A stretch of DNA of 64,000 bases from Eledone cirrhosa (taxonomy: Eukaryota), in the NCBI GenBank assembly GCA_964016885.1, contig OZ024742.1:180172001-180236000 (forward strand). The letters are read 5' to 3'. Position 1 is the first letter of the stretch. Every line of letters begins with the position of its first letter. Shown in pieces: positions 26,943-42,202 of the stretch. Under the pieces are notes generated by a model that was given only the letters and a program-made list of their open reading frames with translations, ran no database searches and was not told the DNA's origin. Both the position numbers and the translations under genes were made by a program.

Positions 26943-27377
26943 GAAGGAAATGTGGTAAGGAACCAGATGGACCATAACGCACCAAAGTACTCAATACTTA
27001 GGGTAGTAGAGTGGGTAATTCTGGACTCCAGAATTAGCCATCGAAACGGCTTGAGCTCTCCTGTCGGTGTCATACTTCTTCCTATATATATATATACATG
27101 CATATCTATATATATTAGCATCTTCATTATCATCACCGTTTTATGTCCATTTTTCCACACTAGCATGGGTTAAACGAGTTGTCCTGTTGTGGGTATATGT
27201 ATTGCTCTGGACAAACATCCATTGAGCTTTTTCACTAAGAAACATATTCATCATGCATGTTGTATATGTTATGATACTTTAAATTAGTATATATTTATTT
27301 AGATGATGATGATATATATAGATATATATGTGTGTGTGTGGAAAGTTGACATGAAATGATATATATATATATATATA

Positions 27378-28030
27378 GACGGTAGCCACGGAGTAGGCAG
27401 ACCCAGAAAAACCTGGGATGACCTGATAAATTCCGACCTCACACACTTACACCTCTCCAAGATAATGTCACTGGACTGAGATCTTTGGCGGTACTCAGTA
27501 ATAGAGAAGACCCGCCTTACCTGAAATACAAAGTAAAACCTACTACAGTCAGTAGGCATCTCTAACAAAACACACCCCCGTCCCACCACCCCCACCCCAT
27601 CCACACCGCCCCTTTCAATGTAAAGTTATGTTGGTGTCACAACATCCAGGCCGAAACAAATGAGTTTGTGTAGGTGTCACGACAAAAAAACACACAGTCC
27701 ACGCTGTAATGTGGCCGTGTAGGAAACATGGTAAAAACCTCCCAGCCCCACACTGTAAATGTGGTTGGTGTTAGGAAGGGCATCCAGCTGTAGAAAACCC
27801 GCCAGACAGTCCACGCTGTAAATGTGGCCGTGTAGGCAACACGGTAAAAACCTCCCAGCCCCACACTGTAAATGTAGTTGGTGTTAGGAAGGGCATCCAG
27901 CTGTAGAAAACCCGCCAGACAGTCCTATGCAAGCAAGACAACCACTCTTGCCTCAAGTGGGAAAACTCCCATCCAAACCCATGCAAGCGTGGAACATGGA
28001 CGTTAAACGATGATGATGATGATGATGATA
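27378..28030 (+). mobile_element. RTE-related composite repeat with internal tandem duplication and (TGA)n tail
   Basis: GRPRKTWD-like remnant, duplicated ggttggtgttaggaagggcatccagctgtagaaa block, 3' end ccatgcaagcgtggaacatggacgttaaac(gat)n. Confidence 0.65.
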
Positions 28031-28849
28031 TATCATCATTTCTCTGTTGGCATAGTTTGTACAGCTGGATGCCCTACCTAGCACTAACCATTTTGCAGAG
28101 TGTATTGGCTGAATTTTATTTATGGCATTAGCACTATCAACTATCACTTCACAGAACGTACTAGATGCATTTTATCAATAATCTAACAGACCTGTGTTTC
28201 AAGGGTGTTGAACTGTGACCAACCATCACATATTTCTGCATAATTAGAACTATAATTTTCCAATATTTTCTTCCTTTAAGAAAAATGGTCCTCCATTTGT
28301 AAATTTGAAGTATAATTGATTCAATGAAGCCCAATATGTTACAGGTACTTATTTTTATGAAACTTGGAGCAATAAAAAGTACTGCTGATCATGACAGAAT
28401 TTGAACAAAGAACATAGAGATATGAAATTTAATCTAAATCACAGTGAAAAAAATATGCATTTACATTCTATTAACTATTTATATACCAACCTGCTTGAAA
28501 CCTCCTCTATTAAAGTATACAGACCTTAAATGGAAATCTCATTATTACATGATGCTGTTAAACTTTATCAACATTATTCTACAACATTGACATTTATGTA
28601 TCTTCACCTTCTGTCTGTCAGTCTGATATAAATTTATGATTTTCTGTCATTAAAGGGTATGACAAATGTTTGTGTGTAGTGGAATGCAGTGAAAGCATAT
28701 ATCAGCTGCTGAAAGGATGTTATGCCAACACCCAGTTCATTTGCTCTGTCTCTCTGGTGTGCAGAACATCAGATGTGTCATCTCTTGTCCCAAGATAGCT
28801 ATCAGTTGTTGAATATTTATTTGTCTCTTATTATTAAGTTGAAAGGAAG

Positions 28850-29445
28850 AGTGGTGGAATGGCAGTATCAGTGGAGCATCGGACAATATGCTTTGCTATA
28901 TATAGTTATGGCCTTTTACATTCTGAGTTCAAAACCTGCCATGGTTAGCTTTACCTTTCATCCTTACAGAGTCGATAAAATAAAGTACTGGATTCGATTT
29001 AATCAACTTTCCCCTCCCCCAAATTATTGGTTCTACACCTAAATCAGAAAACATTATTAAGTTGAAGGGAGGGTGTTGGATTGCAAAATCATTAGCTCAT
29101 CAAATGAAAGACATTGCAATATTGTGCTATGGCCATTTACATTCTGGTATCAAATCCCACCCAGGTCAACTTTGCCTTTCATTCTTCTGGAGTTGATAAA
29201 ATAAAATGCCAAAATCAGACACCATCATTAATTTGAAAGTGTGGTAGAGAATTGGACAAAAAGCGTTGCATCATATAGATACATCCCTTTTTGTTTTGAG
29301 TTCAAATCCCGCCAAGATTAGATTTACCTTTCATCCTTACAAAGTCAATAAATGAATGTACCAGTAACGCACTGGGTCAATTTAATCGACTTTCCTATCC
29401 CCCAAAATTGTTGGCCTTGTATCAAAATCAGAAACCATTATTAAG
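28850..29445 (+). mobile_element. Three tandem degenerate tRNA-SINE copies
   Basis: Three repeats of gagttcaaa...ttt(g/a)cctttcatcc...gataaaa...aaatcagaaaccattattaa. Confidence 0.75.
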
Positions 29446-29739
29446 CTGAAAGTTATTTCAGTAAAATTCATAATTCTTAATTATTTTGATAAGTAAAACA
29501 CAAAGGCAATATATTCTTGTTAGAAATATGGCAATGAAAGGGTTAATAAGAAAATAACCACTGACCAGCTAGAGTTGCACGATTTCATGTGACTTCTCTA
29601 ATCCATTGTTTCATATTTCTTCTAATGGTTCATCCTAATTTATTTCATCGATGTCGTTTCTTCAACAGTTTAAATCCTTTGCATTAGATCGTTCAAACAC
29701 TTACTGTTATCATCTATAATTAAACATACACTCTATATA

Positions 29740-30285
29740 CTCATAGATAAGTCACATGGTTAGATAAGTCACACATCAATTTTACATACAACAATTACAA
29801 CTGAAGCATTGAGGTCCAGTAGATAAGAGACACCTCTATTTTACATACACCATTTACAATATATCATATATTTGAATTGAATTTTTTTGGATCCAGTAGA
29901 TAAGTTACTAATCTATTTTACATACAATTACAATGTATCATACATTTTGAATTAAGGTTTTAGAGGTCGAGTAGATGTCAGAACTCCATATTACATACAT
30001 TTACATTGTACTATATATTTTGAATTGAGGCTTTGTTGGTCCAGTAGATCAGTCACATCTCTATTTTACACACATTTACATTGTACTGTATATGTAGAAT
30101 TGAGGTTTTGCAGGTCTAGTAAATAAATGACACTTATATTTTACATACATTTAAAATGTACCATATATTTTGAATTCAGCTTTTCTAAGTCCAGAAGAAA
30201 AGAAAGGTCTCCATTTTACATAAAACATTTCATTGCACTATATATATTGAATTGAGATTTTAATAAGTCCAGTATATAAATAGCA
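29740..30285. repeat. Degenerate minisatellite, about 75-bp period, about 7 copies
   Basis: ccagtagataag...ttttacatac...gaattga recurs at 29816, 29893, 29968, 30041, 30116, 30191 and 30269. Confidence 0.85.
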
Positions 30286-30819
30286 TGCTGGTTTTCAACA
30301 TCATATCTGCAATGAAAATGGTGCAAATAATACAAGAATATAGTTCAGTGTTAGTCTGTGCTGGCAACTGAGTTACTATAATAAAATACACCACCATAAA
30401 TCTATGTTATTGTTGCCTGAGGCAAAAGATACATCTAAAATTTGGCCAGACTTCTTCATTTCTGGTAAATACTTTTGATACCAAACCACCTGAAACCATT
30501 CTGAATTTATGATACAAAACTGCTCATTTTAAAATGTTTATCTTTATCTTAAATTTTTTCATTATAATTTTATTTAAGAAATTTTAAAGTATTATGAAAA
30601 GTTGATTATTTTATTAAATTCTTCAAAATATTTGATTATTTTAAAAACTAATTGAAGCAGATAGGCAATGTTTTCAATAGAATTATGGCATGAAAAGTGT
30701 TAATTTACAAACCAAGCTGATCTTTTCTCCTAAGGTTTGATTTTGTTAACATATTTCTTCTAAATCTAGAGATGACAGCAACAACTAATGAAGGGTACAT
30801 AGAAACACCATTGCTGTTG

Positions 30820-31890
30820 ACTTCATCATTATCATGTTCATCACCACCACCACCAGCACCATCAACAATAGGATCACCATAACCACTACCAACACAACAA
30901 ACATCATTACCATCTACATGTGCCATCAACACTAAGATCACCATAACCACTACCAACACAACAAACACCATTACCATCTACATCATCACCACCACCAACA
31001 CCATCATCAACACTATGATCCCCATAACAACCACCACTACCATTTACATCATCACTTCAACCACCACCATCTACACCCATATTACCACCTCCCACACAAC
31101 CACCACCACCACCACCACCATCTTTAATAATCTCACTATCCCCCTCCCCCCCTCCTTCTTAATCTATATCATTGTTCCCATCACCATCATTATACAGTTA
31201 TCATTCTCTTCCTCCATTACCATTTTATCCCCCTCATCATCTTTTCTCCCACTTGAACCTCTTCTTCTCTCTCATCCTATGATAGCCCTCATCACATTCT
31301 TTCCACTCACCCTCTTCCTTCCCACCATCTCTTGCTACACTTCATCATCTTCATCACCCTCATCCTCTCTTTTCCTCTTCTTCTTTCCCCCCTCTTAATC
31401 CACTTTAAAACCTTCTTCATTAATATTGATTTCCAATTTAAGCACAAGGCCAGGACATTTAGGGGAAGGGCAAAATAGATTAAATCAACCCTAGGGCTTG
31501 ACCAGGATCTTTATTTTATTAACTCCAGAAGGATGAAAGGCAAAGTTGACCTTGGCGGGATTTGAATTCAGAATGAAGGAGCCAGGACAAATACTGGATG
31601 CCATTTTCTCCAACGCTCTACCAATTCTATCATTACAATTATTTCAGTACTATGGCAACAAAACCCTTCACCATTAACACTAACACTATCATCATCATCA
31701 TCATTATCAACACCATCATCATCATCAACATCATAATCACAACAATTATTATCACCATCACCATTATCATCATCAACACCATCATCATCTTTACCATCAC
31801 ATCAACACAACCATCACCAGTATCATCATTACCACCACTAACACCACTCCATCCATTATCATCATCATCACCACCATCAATCTCCAAATA
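30820..31890. repeat. (CAT/CAC)n and pyrimidine-rich low complexity, with a SINE at about 31432-31630 (minus)
   Basis: Visible triplet repeats; SINE core gatgaaaggcaaagttgaccttggcgggatttgaa. Confidence 0.8.
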
Positions 31891-32439
31891 GAAGGTAGAT
31901 GAGGTTTTTGATGATATATATATATTAGAATATAAATATTAGTTGAATATATGGTTAAAAATGCTTGCCAGGCATAGAAGAAATTTGTGGTTCAATTTTC
32001 CACAGGTATCTCTGTGTACTTTTTCCGCCTCCAAGGGTAATTTTCTTGATATATTCAAACTGAGGCTTTAGAATAAGACACTTTCCCAAGGCATTACACA
32101 GTGAAACTGAATCCAGAACCATATGGTTGTGAAGGGAACACCTTAACTACACAACTATGCCTGTGTCTATATATATATACACATAACAATAAGTACAATC
32201 AGATAAAATTACAGAAATTAGAAAAACAATGAACAAAAAAATCTCTCCTATTTTCTTCTTTGTTTTTTAATATATATTTTTTAATGTAATCCATTTATTG
32301 AAGAAGAGAGCTTATTTTATGGGAAAGAATTGGCAACAAGTTGATATTACTTCTGTTTTGTGTACATCCTATTGGAAAAAAAACAGAAGCAAATCAATAA
32401 AGATGCAATCACATGCGATCATATCAAATAGATTTGTGT

Positions 32440-32965
32440 CTCAGCAGCTAATTTATTTTAACCCCAATACTGCTGCATTTTATTGAAATGAATAAAAATA
32501 AAAACTCTTTCTTTTTTCATTATCTCTTAACATCCTGTACCACATGAAATTACAATAGGAATATATTCTTGGAAAGTACAAAACAATGCTATGACAACAT
32601 CAAATTAAAGATTAAAATCTTTACCCCAATACTGGAAATTCTGTTGAAAACAATCTGTTGAAAATATACTATATATTTATGCGTTTATAATATATTGAAA
32701 ATATACTATAAACAGTTGAATTAACAAATTACATGCAACCACATTACCACAACATTCTTTAAAAGTACAAATAGCACTATGACTCTATCACATTAAAAAT
32801 TAAACTCTTTACTCTAATACTGTAAATTTTCACAATGATCTGTCCACTATTAAAGACATAAGAAACTACATGAAATCATATTGACGAAATATTTTTTAGA
32901 AAGTTCAGAACAGCTCAATGACTGAATCATATTAAAAATTAATGTCTTTACTCTAATACTCTATA
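32440..32965. repeat. Old degenerate tandem repeat, 3-4 units of 140-190 bp
   Basis: aaagtaca...atgac...attaaa(a/g)attaa...ctttac(c/t)c(c/t)aatac recurs near 32570, 32760 and 32900. Confidence 0.6.
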
Positions 32966-33592
32966 CATCCAGTAATAGAAACAAAGCCCAAATGGAGCAT
33001 ACAGGTAACACATTCTAATATAACCAGTCTAGACTCAGCATGAAAAATAGATGATAATGATTGCAGAATATTATGATTAGAAAATTTTGCAACTGGTGAA
33101 TTGGCAGAATCATTAAAGCACAAGACAACCTTGTACGATAGTCTCCAATCCTCTGCACTCAGAGTTCAAATCTCATTGAGGTACATTTGCCTTTCATCCT
33201 TTGGGTATCAATACAATAAAAGTACCAATCCAGGTTAGTGGATTAGTTGAATAGTTAGAGTATCAGATGACATACCTTGTGGTGTTGGTTTTGGCTCTTT
33301 GTATGATTGTCACATGATCTGGTTCATGGATGTCTTTAGTGGAGTTTACTCTATTGCAAGAATTCAGTGTGAAATGCAACACTAAATTCACACAACCAAA
33401 TTTCGTTCCTAATGTATTGAAAATATCGAAGATGTAACATAATAGTCAGTCACCATACGGTGTTAAAAACCTGTTAGATAATTCTTTATGGAAAAACCAG
33501 GGAAAATATATATCCAGGAGATATGCCCTACATAAAAACAAAGCAGTAAAGTCAGTGCTAACATATGTAATGTTATGAACCAAAATATTTAA

Positions 33593-33819
33593 CCCTTCCA
33601 TTACCATATTTCTAATGAAAAACTCTGCCTACAATCAAGAATTTGAAGGAATTTAGTAACACAACAAATTTTCTCATTATTAGCTTGATGTTTGGGGGAT
33701 CATTTAAGAAAGCTTCTTATATAAGATTATGATGGAAGATTTATATAAATATAAAGACTTTAAAATAGTTTTGTATTGTAGAACCAGAAACACCTTCAGA
33801 TGCTTTGGTATTAAAAGGG
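33593..33819. mobile_element. piggyBac-like MITE
   Basis: TTAA-CCCTT...AAGGG-TTAA termini; related decayed copies near 1632 and 30470-30700. Confidence 0.6.
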
Positions 33820-34989
33820 TTAAATTGATTAAAATTATACCTGAAGTGAGAGGAAACTAATTATCTTGGTTAATTCCGGTTAAGATAGGTGGAGATAATT
33901 AAACTGAAATTAGAATTAATTAAAATTTAGGTGTTGTATAAGAGATGACTCTTATGATAGACCTAAGTCTGGATATGTTTCAGTAATATTCGGTCTCCAA
34001 AGACAACCATAGTCTTTACTTCTCTGATAACAGCAAAGTTTTTGTGTTTACTTTTTAAGTAAAACATCTGGATAATTAATATGAGTCTGCATAATAAATA
34101 GAGATCTGTGATCTCAAAATACATAACAACTAATTCCTACATTTTTCTATTGGCTAGATTTGAAAGAAGGGGCATTACAGACTCTCCGTTATTAGTGACA
34201 TTGAGACAGTTTGAAATGTTGTAAGTTAACAATCAATAAATCAATCAATATTTATTATTTCAAATGAAATAATAGAACACAGAGAAATATATGCACATAC
34301 ATAAACCATATTAAAATAATGTCATAACGTCATGAGGGAGATAAAATAAAAGCTGTCCAAGCATTTTCTATCATTGGCTTTTTGGTGAATTGTGGTGACT
34401 TTTGCATTCAGTTGTTTTGTGATCATTCTTCGGTCTTTGTCTCTTGCAATGACCTCCTGGTTGTTGATGTAGCAGAAGACACTCAGCATGGAAGTTACTA
34501 TGGGCAATATTCTGGTGGAGAGGAAGGACTGAGTCTAGTGGTTAGTGTTTAAGCTGAGAGAAGAGACATAAAATGAGCAATGGCAGGAAGAGAGAGAAAT
34601 GTATTGAGATTGCCTGAAGGGATGACACAAGACCAGCCAGAACTGAGGAGCAGAGGCCAATGAATAATCAGTGAGAATAGAAAGAGGTGACAGCACATAC
34701 GTGAGCTTGATGTTAGTGTGTTGGTGAGCAACTTCATACTAAGCAGTTGGGTAGCCATTCTTTGGCTGCAGTTTAAGTTGTATGTGTATGTTATAGCAAT
34801 GTCATAATCTCAGATGTAGGAGAAATATTTTATTGTGGGTCTCACCTGAGTTTTGTGAAGGGTTAGTTGTTGTTTGGAGTCTGAAGTATTTTCTAACTCT
34901 GAAGAATAAGGCCAGATTTTCTGTTACAGTCTTTGCTAAGATCATGATATGTGTTAATCGTGAGAGATTCTGAGAGATTCTGAGAGATT

Positions 34990-35730
34990 CTGAGTAAGAA
35001 CAACAGCAAGAATAACAACAACAACAGCAACAGTAACAACAATAACCGTAACAATAACTACAACAATAGTAAAAACAACAGCAAGAACAACAACAACAGC
35101 AACAGTAACAACAATAACAGTAACAATAACTACAACAATAACAACAACAATAGTAAGAACAGCAGCAAGAACAACAACAACAGCAACAGTAACAACAATA
35201 ACAGTAACAATAACTACAACAATAACAACAACAATAGTAAGAACAGCAGCAAGAATAACAACAACAACAGCAACAGTAACAACAATAACTACAACAATAA
35301 CAACAACAATAGTAAGAACAGCAGCAAGAATAACAACAACAACAGCAACAGTAACAACAATAACAGTAACAATAACAACAACAATAGTAAAAACAGCAGC
35401 AAGAATAACAACAACAACAGCAACAGTAACAACAATAACAGTAACAATAACTACAAGAATAACAACAACAATAGTAAGAACAGCAGCAAAAATAAAAACA
35501 ACAACAGCAACAATAACATCAATAACAGGAACAATAACTACAACAATAACAACAACAATAGTAAGAACAGCAGCAAGAATAACAACAACAGCAGTAACAA
35601 CACTAATAGCAACAACAACAACCAGATTAATACCAACAACAGTAACAACTGTGGCAACAATAACTACAACAATAATTACAACAACAACAATAACTACAAC
35701 AATAACAACAACTATAACAACTAACAAATA
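34990..35730. repeat. (AAC/AGC/AAT) higher-order minisatellite
   Basis: Repeating aatagtaagaacagcagcaagaataacaacaac blocks; produces a spurious poly-Val ORF. Confidence 0.9.
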
Positions 35731-35804
35731 AGAATTATTGCCTGTTATTGTCAGAAGAATATACTGATGATGTGTTGTTTTTCTTCAGTGTTTCATAAAT
35801 GTGT

Positions 35805-36181
35805 CACTGTGTGTATGTGTTTGAGTGTGTGTGTGTGTGTACATGTTGGTGTAAATGTATTTGTGTATGTGTGTGTATGTGTTTGTATATGTGTGTGAAT
35901 GTGTTTGTGTGTGTGTGTACATGTTGGTGTAAATGTATTTGTGTATGTGTGTGTATGTGTTTGTGTGAATGTGTTTGAGTGTGTGTGTGTGTACATGTTG
36001 GTGTAAATGTATTTGTGTATGTGTGTGTATGTGTTTGTATATGTGTGTGAATGTGTTTGTGTGTGTGTGTACATGTTGGTGTAAATGTATTTGTGTATGC
36101 GTGTGTATGTGTTTGTGTGAATGTGTTTGTGTGTGTGTGTGTGTACATGTTGGTGTAAATGTATTTGTGTATGTGTATGTA

Positions 36182-36228
<47 letters not shown>

Positions 36229-36788
36229 ATGTTGGTGTAAATGTATTTGTGTATGTGTGTGAATGTGTTTCTGTGAATGTGTTTGTGTGTGTGTGTGTAC
36301 ATGTTGGTGTAAATGTATTTGTGTATGTGTGTGAATGTGTTTGTGTATGTGTGTGAATGTGTTTGTGTGTAGTGTGTGAATGCGTGTGTGTGTGTGTGTA
36401 CATGTTGGTGCAAATGTATTTGTGTTTGTGTGTGTATGTGTTTGTGTGTGAATGCGTGTGTGTGTGTGTATATGTTGGTGCAAATGTATTTGTGTATGTG
36501 TGTATATGTGTTTGTGTATGTGTGTGATTGTGTTTGTGTGTATGTGTACATGTTGGGGCAAATGTATTTGTGTATGTGTGTGTATGTGTTTGTGTATGTG
36601 TTTGTCTGTGTGTGTGTGTGTGTACATGTTGGTGTAAATGTATTTGTGTATGTGTGTGTATGTGTTTGTGTATGTGTGTGAATGTGTTTGTGTGTGTGTA
36701 CATGTTGGTGTAAATGTATTTGTGTATATGTGTGAATGTGTTTGTGTATGTGTGTGAATGTGTTTGTGTGTGTGTGTGTGTGTGTGTA

Positions 36789-36819
<31 letters not shown>

Positions 36820-37265
36820 GTGTGTGTGTGTGTGTACATGTTGGTGCAAATGTATTTGTGTATGTGTGTGTATGTGTTTGTGTATGTGTGTGAATGTGTT
36901 TGTGTGTGTGTGTACATGTTTGTGCAAATGTATTTATGTATGTGTGTGTATGTGTTTGTGTATGTGTGTGAATGTGTTTGTGTGTATGTGTCTGTGTGTT
37001 TATATATGTGTGTGTATGTCTTAGTGTATGTGTTTGTGTGTGTATGTTTCTGTGTGTTTATATATGTGTGTATGTGTGTGTACATGTTTGTGGTTGTGTG
37101 TATGTGTTTATGTGTATGTGTGTGTGTATGTCTGTGTGTGTGAATGTGTGTATATGTGTGTATGTGTGTTTGTATGTGTGTGTGTGTACATGTTTGTGGT
37201 TGTGTGTATGTGTTTATGTGTGTATGTGCAGGTTTGCCTTTGTGTGTATGTGAGTGTACATGTGT
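35805..37265. repeat. (TG)-based higher-order satellite
   Basis: Anchor tacatgttggtg(t/c)aaatgtatttgtg recurs about every 60-130 bp between variable TG runs; produces spurious His/Thr ORFs. Confidence 0.92.
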
Positions 37266-38157
37266 GCAGCATGGTTGAATGGCTAAGGAGTTCAATTTGC
37301 AATCATTATGCTCTGGGTTCCATCACACTCTGTGACAACTTGGGAGTGAAGTTGAATAGATGGACACTGTTTGAAAGCCAGCTGGATAAACTGTACATCT
37401 ACTTCAAAGGGACAACCTGGTCACACACTGTGTCATGCTGAATCTTCATGAGAGTTATGTTAATGGTACACATGTTTGTGGAAAGCTCAAGAAAAGTTCT
37501 TAGATAAAATTATGATAACTATAAACACATTAACCCTTTAGCATTTAAACTAGACGTATCCGGCCAGAATTCTTTCATCTGTTTATATTCAAATTGGCCA
37601 TAACCGGCCCCTCATACTGATGTTAAGGTATTGTTCTCAAAATAAATAATATCAAAATCTCATAGATTCGATATGTGAGATAATTATGTGAGATTAAGTC
37701 TTTACTGTGAAAATGCAATAGTAAATATAGAGTAGTGTAAATGCTAATGTCTTAAAGGAATACTTAACTTTTGACTTCATAATAAAAGACATATTTAACT
37801 TGTGAAATTCATGTTATGTAACAATGAGAAATTCTATAGGAGGCAAAGTTTTACAACTGGATGCCCTTCCTTGTGCCAACTGTTTGAGTTATCTCTTACA
37901 AACAAAGGAATATTATGTACTTATTCTGAACTGGATAGTTTTGTATCATTGAACCAGGAGAACTTTCAGATATTTTGGTATGTAAAGGGTTAAATTCATT
38001 AACAGGCTGTTCCACTGATGCAACTGTTGTTGTTGCAATTATCTTAAGAAGCAAACCAACCCCGTTCTAACAATCAATTACCAGCCAGACCCATTACATC
38101 ACCTTCGAAATAGCTAAAAGTTCTGCACACCTTATTAAACACACATTAATACACATT

Positions 38158-39070
<913 letters not shown>

Positions 39071-39104
39071 ATATATATATATATACTGTACATATATATA
39101 TATA

Positions 39105-39161
<57 letters not shown>

Positions 39162-39238
39162 AATAAGATAACAAGGGCGATTGGTTACTCACACACATAC
39201 ACACATACACACATATGTATACATATGTACATGTGGGC

Positions 39239-39280
<42 letters not shown>

Positions 39281-39591
39281 TTGTGTATGCAAAAGGCAAA
39301 CAGAAATAATGAAGCAAATGGCACAGTACAATGAAGAAATATATTAGTTTTAAACTCGATATAGTAGGAAAAGAGTTTTAATTTTTCTGATGCTAGTCTT
39401 TCATCAGAAAATAGAATGAGAAATCAAAGAATAAATAGAAAGATAGATGAGAGTGGACACTGGCAGAAATGAATAAAAAACGGAATAGGTACAAGTCGCC
39501 ATCTGTTCGAAAACTGATGATTTTGACATTGTTGTATAAGTTGATCTTGTTTTAAAAAGGATTGATCGTATGTATATATATATATATTTAT

Positions 39592-39926
39592 AATTGAAAA
39601 AGTGGAGAATAACATGGTCAACGGTACAAAAAAGGGGATTTATTTGCAGTATAACAATTGTTTCACTGATATAGTTGTCTAAAATTTGCTGAACACTAAA
39701 AACAGTGCCACTCAATTTTAAATACGATGATAACTCTACTAGATCATCGGAAACTGTTGAACAGTTTCCGATGATCTAGTAGAGTTATCATCGTATTTAA
39801 AATTGAGTGGCACTGTTTTTAGTGTTCAGCAAATTTTAGACAACTATATCAGTGAAACAATTGTTATACTGCAAATAAATCCCCTTTTTTGTACCGTTGA
39901 CCATGTTATTCTCCACCTTTTCAATT
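39592..39926. repeat. 335-bp near-perfect palindrome (167-bp arms, 1-nt spacer)
   Basis: Centre ggaaactgtt-g-aacagtttcc at 39759; one mismatch seen near the ends. Confidence 0.95.
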
Positions 39927-40092
39927 GTATTACTCCAAGATAAACTTACATAGGAATACAAGTGAAATCATAAACTCGTCACCTACGTAAACCTCTTGTT
40001 GAGTCAAGCAACGCCGTACGCTAAAACTATCCATAATAAGAAGTATTCACAAGCTCTAATTGGATTACCTACAACGTTATTTTGTTATCCTT

Positions 40093-40124
<32 letters not shown>

Positions 40125-40341
40125 CAAGAAATGTTATGCAAGAAATGCTTAGGATTATCCTGAATGCAGTAATGGTTAATTACTACACTAGATAGAGTCG
40201 ACGTACGGTGAGAGGTTACTCAACGAGTTACAAAAGAACAGTTAAAGAATCTTGGTTTCCGATTCTTCTATATTCCGCAGTGTAGATAAAGAATGATTAA
40301 TAAAACAGGTAGACATCATAAAAAGGTAATTTATTCCAAGT

Positions 40342-40426
40342 GTTTACAAATGTTTCTTTAGTAGTAGTTATTGATTTGCAGATACAGAATGTTCAAATGC
40401 TGTTCGCACCACCAATTCTTCAGAAC
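40342..40426 (-). ncRNA. Hammerhead motif in PLE pseudo-LTR
   Basis: Reverse strand: GUU-CUGAAGA-aUUGGUGGU...ACUACUAAa-GAAA-CAuuUG-UA/AAC, then AAUAAA. The mirror copy at 41968-42085 has GAAA changed to GACA. Confidence 0.7.
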
Positions 40427-40504
40427 GAATGGCTGAATTATGGTTTCTTTGTATTTCTTAAAGGGAGTAACAAAACTATCTCTTTTATGCTTTAAGTTAA
40501 TTAA

Positions 40505-40683
40505 CTGTTTCTACTTTAGGCACAAGGCCAGCAATTGCCCAGTGCATTACTGGTACTTTATTTTATCGACCCCGTAAGGATGAAAGGCAAAGTCAACATC
40601 GGCGGGATTTGAACTCAGATCGTAAAGGGACGTAACTATGCTGGAAAGCATGGTGTCTGACCCTCTACCGATACTGCCAATCC
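40505..40683 (-). mobile_element. Young tRNA-SINE at the PLE inversion junction
   Basis: Near-identical to 4428-4608. Confidence 0.85.
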
Positions 40684-41380
40684 AAATTAACAAGCATTTC
40701 CCTAATTCCCATAAATACAGTAAAATTCTAAATTCTAAGATTGTTAAGCTATCATACTCCACTGCACCAAACCTAGAAGCACACATAAAAAAACTCAACT
40801 TAAAGCGATTATTAAACAACACTAAAAAACAAAATATTTTAGACTCAGATGGGCATAACATAATATCAACTTCCCAACCACCAAATGGGAGACAAGTATT
40901 ACACAACCCACCTGTACTGTTATCCCAACCTATCCATGGTACAGTTGTTACCCATAACAAAAACTGTAATTGCCACCTACCCGAGAGATGGCCGTTGAAG
41001 AATACATGCCTGGAGTCCAACATTGTTTATCAATGCACTGTCTAATCAAACGACAAGAAATGGTATTACGTCGGGTCTACCACTTCCTCCTTTAAATCAC
41101 GCTTGTATCGTCATCGATTTTCGACCGTTATGTAACTACACTCGCTAATAAGACCTGACAACTCTGTGAATACAACCGGTAGTTCACCCTAAAATGGTAT
41201 AAATTATGCAGCGCTAGTGCACATCGGAGTGGATTAAAATACTGCAGATTATGCAACCTTGAACTTTTTTTATATCTTGAAATCTAAAAGCAATTTACTA
41301 AATGACAGACTCGAACGATCGTTATACTGCAACCACAAACTGAAGGCTAAATTTTCTCACTATAAAAGTAACTTAACATA
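40684..41380 (+). pseudogene. PLE C-terminus: thumb/linker and GIY-YIG endonuclease
   Basis: KHFPNSHKYSKILNSKIVKLSYS, CNC...WPL..CLESNIVYQCTV, WYYVGSTTSSFKSRLYRH, CRLCNLE, LLNDRLE..CNH. Confidence 0.88.
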
Positions 41381-41576
41381 ATTTGAACCCGAGACTATCA
41401 CACCACTTTCTCGCTAACTAATTTCACTCAATACTTACTTCCTAACTATATTCCCCCAACACTACTAACCAGTACCTTGCTTATAATAATAAATACATAC
41501 TTAAGTACGATCAGCAAACTACAACTATCCACTCGGTGTATATCGCCTTTCCTTCCCCTTCTCTTAACTTTTTTCT

Positions 41577-41627
<51 letters not shown>

Positions 41628-41825
41628 ATCCCCCTTCTCTATATCTATTAACCTGCTCTCTGTCGCAATAAATAATTCCAAACTTGACAATATCAACACA
41701 ATGGCTAAGTTGTCACTTTGAGAGTAAGCAGTAAAATAAAACCACTCGTTGGACCCTATCAAAACATTTAGATTAAGCTATCTGTATTCTTCAAACCACT
41801 CTCTCCCATTTCTCCTACCCCTACA

Positions 41826-41898
<73 letters not shown>

Positions 41899-42135
41899 TC
41901 CTTTTCTACTCTATCTTCCTCAATTACCCCCTTTAAGAAATACAAAGAAACTATGATTCAGCCATTCGTTCTGAAGAATTGGTGGTGCGAACAGCATTTG
42001 AAAATTGTGTATCTGCAAATTAATAACTACCAATTTGCATATAGCATGACTAGGCTGTGTAACTACTAAAGACACATTTGTAAACACATGGAATAAATTA
42101 CCTTTTTATAATGTCTACCTGTTTTATTAATCATT

Positions 42136-42199
<64 letters not shown>

Positions 42200-42202
<3 letters not shown>

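Larger units (their letters stand above)
40125..42141 (+). mobile_element. 5'-truncated Penelope-like element (GIY-YIG end) with inverted upstream pseudo-LTR
   Basis: 40286-40470 is an inverted repeat of 41924-42141; GIY-YIG remnant lies between; TA flanks. Confidence 0.88.

Noticed and set aside
26940-27082. TA-flanked island with a hairpin before GAAAC
   Set aside because: No CUGANGA core or stem I found.
34322-34900. Possible decayed GIY-YIG/PLE fragment on the minus strand
   Set aside because: Only vague resemblance; no diagnostic motif recovered.
35805-36950. CRISPR-like regular recurrence of a roughly 30-nt motif
   Set aside because: The intervening sequences are TG microsatellite variants rather than unique spacers; no cas genes; eukaryotic context.
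34954-37441. Long ORFs (257-500 aa, poly-Val or His/Thr-rich)
   Set aside because: Stop-free translations of simple repeats in several frames, not genes.
39385-39412. Small hairpin ttttctgatg...catcagaaaa containing CTGATGA on the minus strand
   Set aside because: Stem III and stem I could not be completed.
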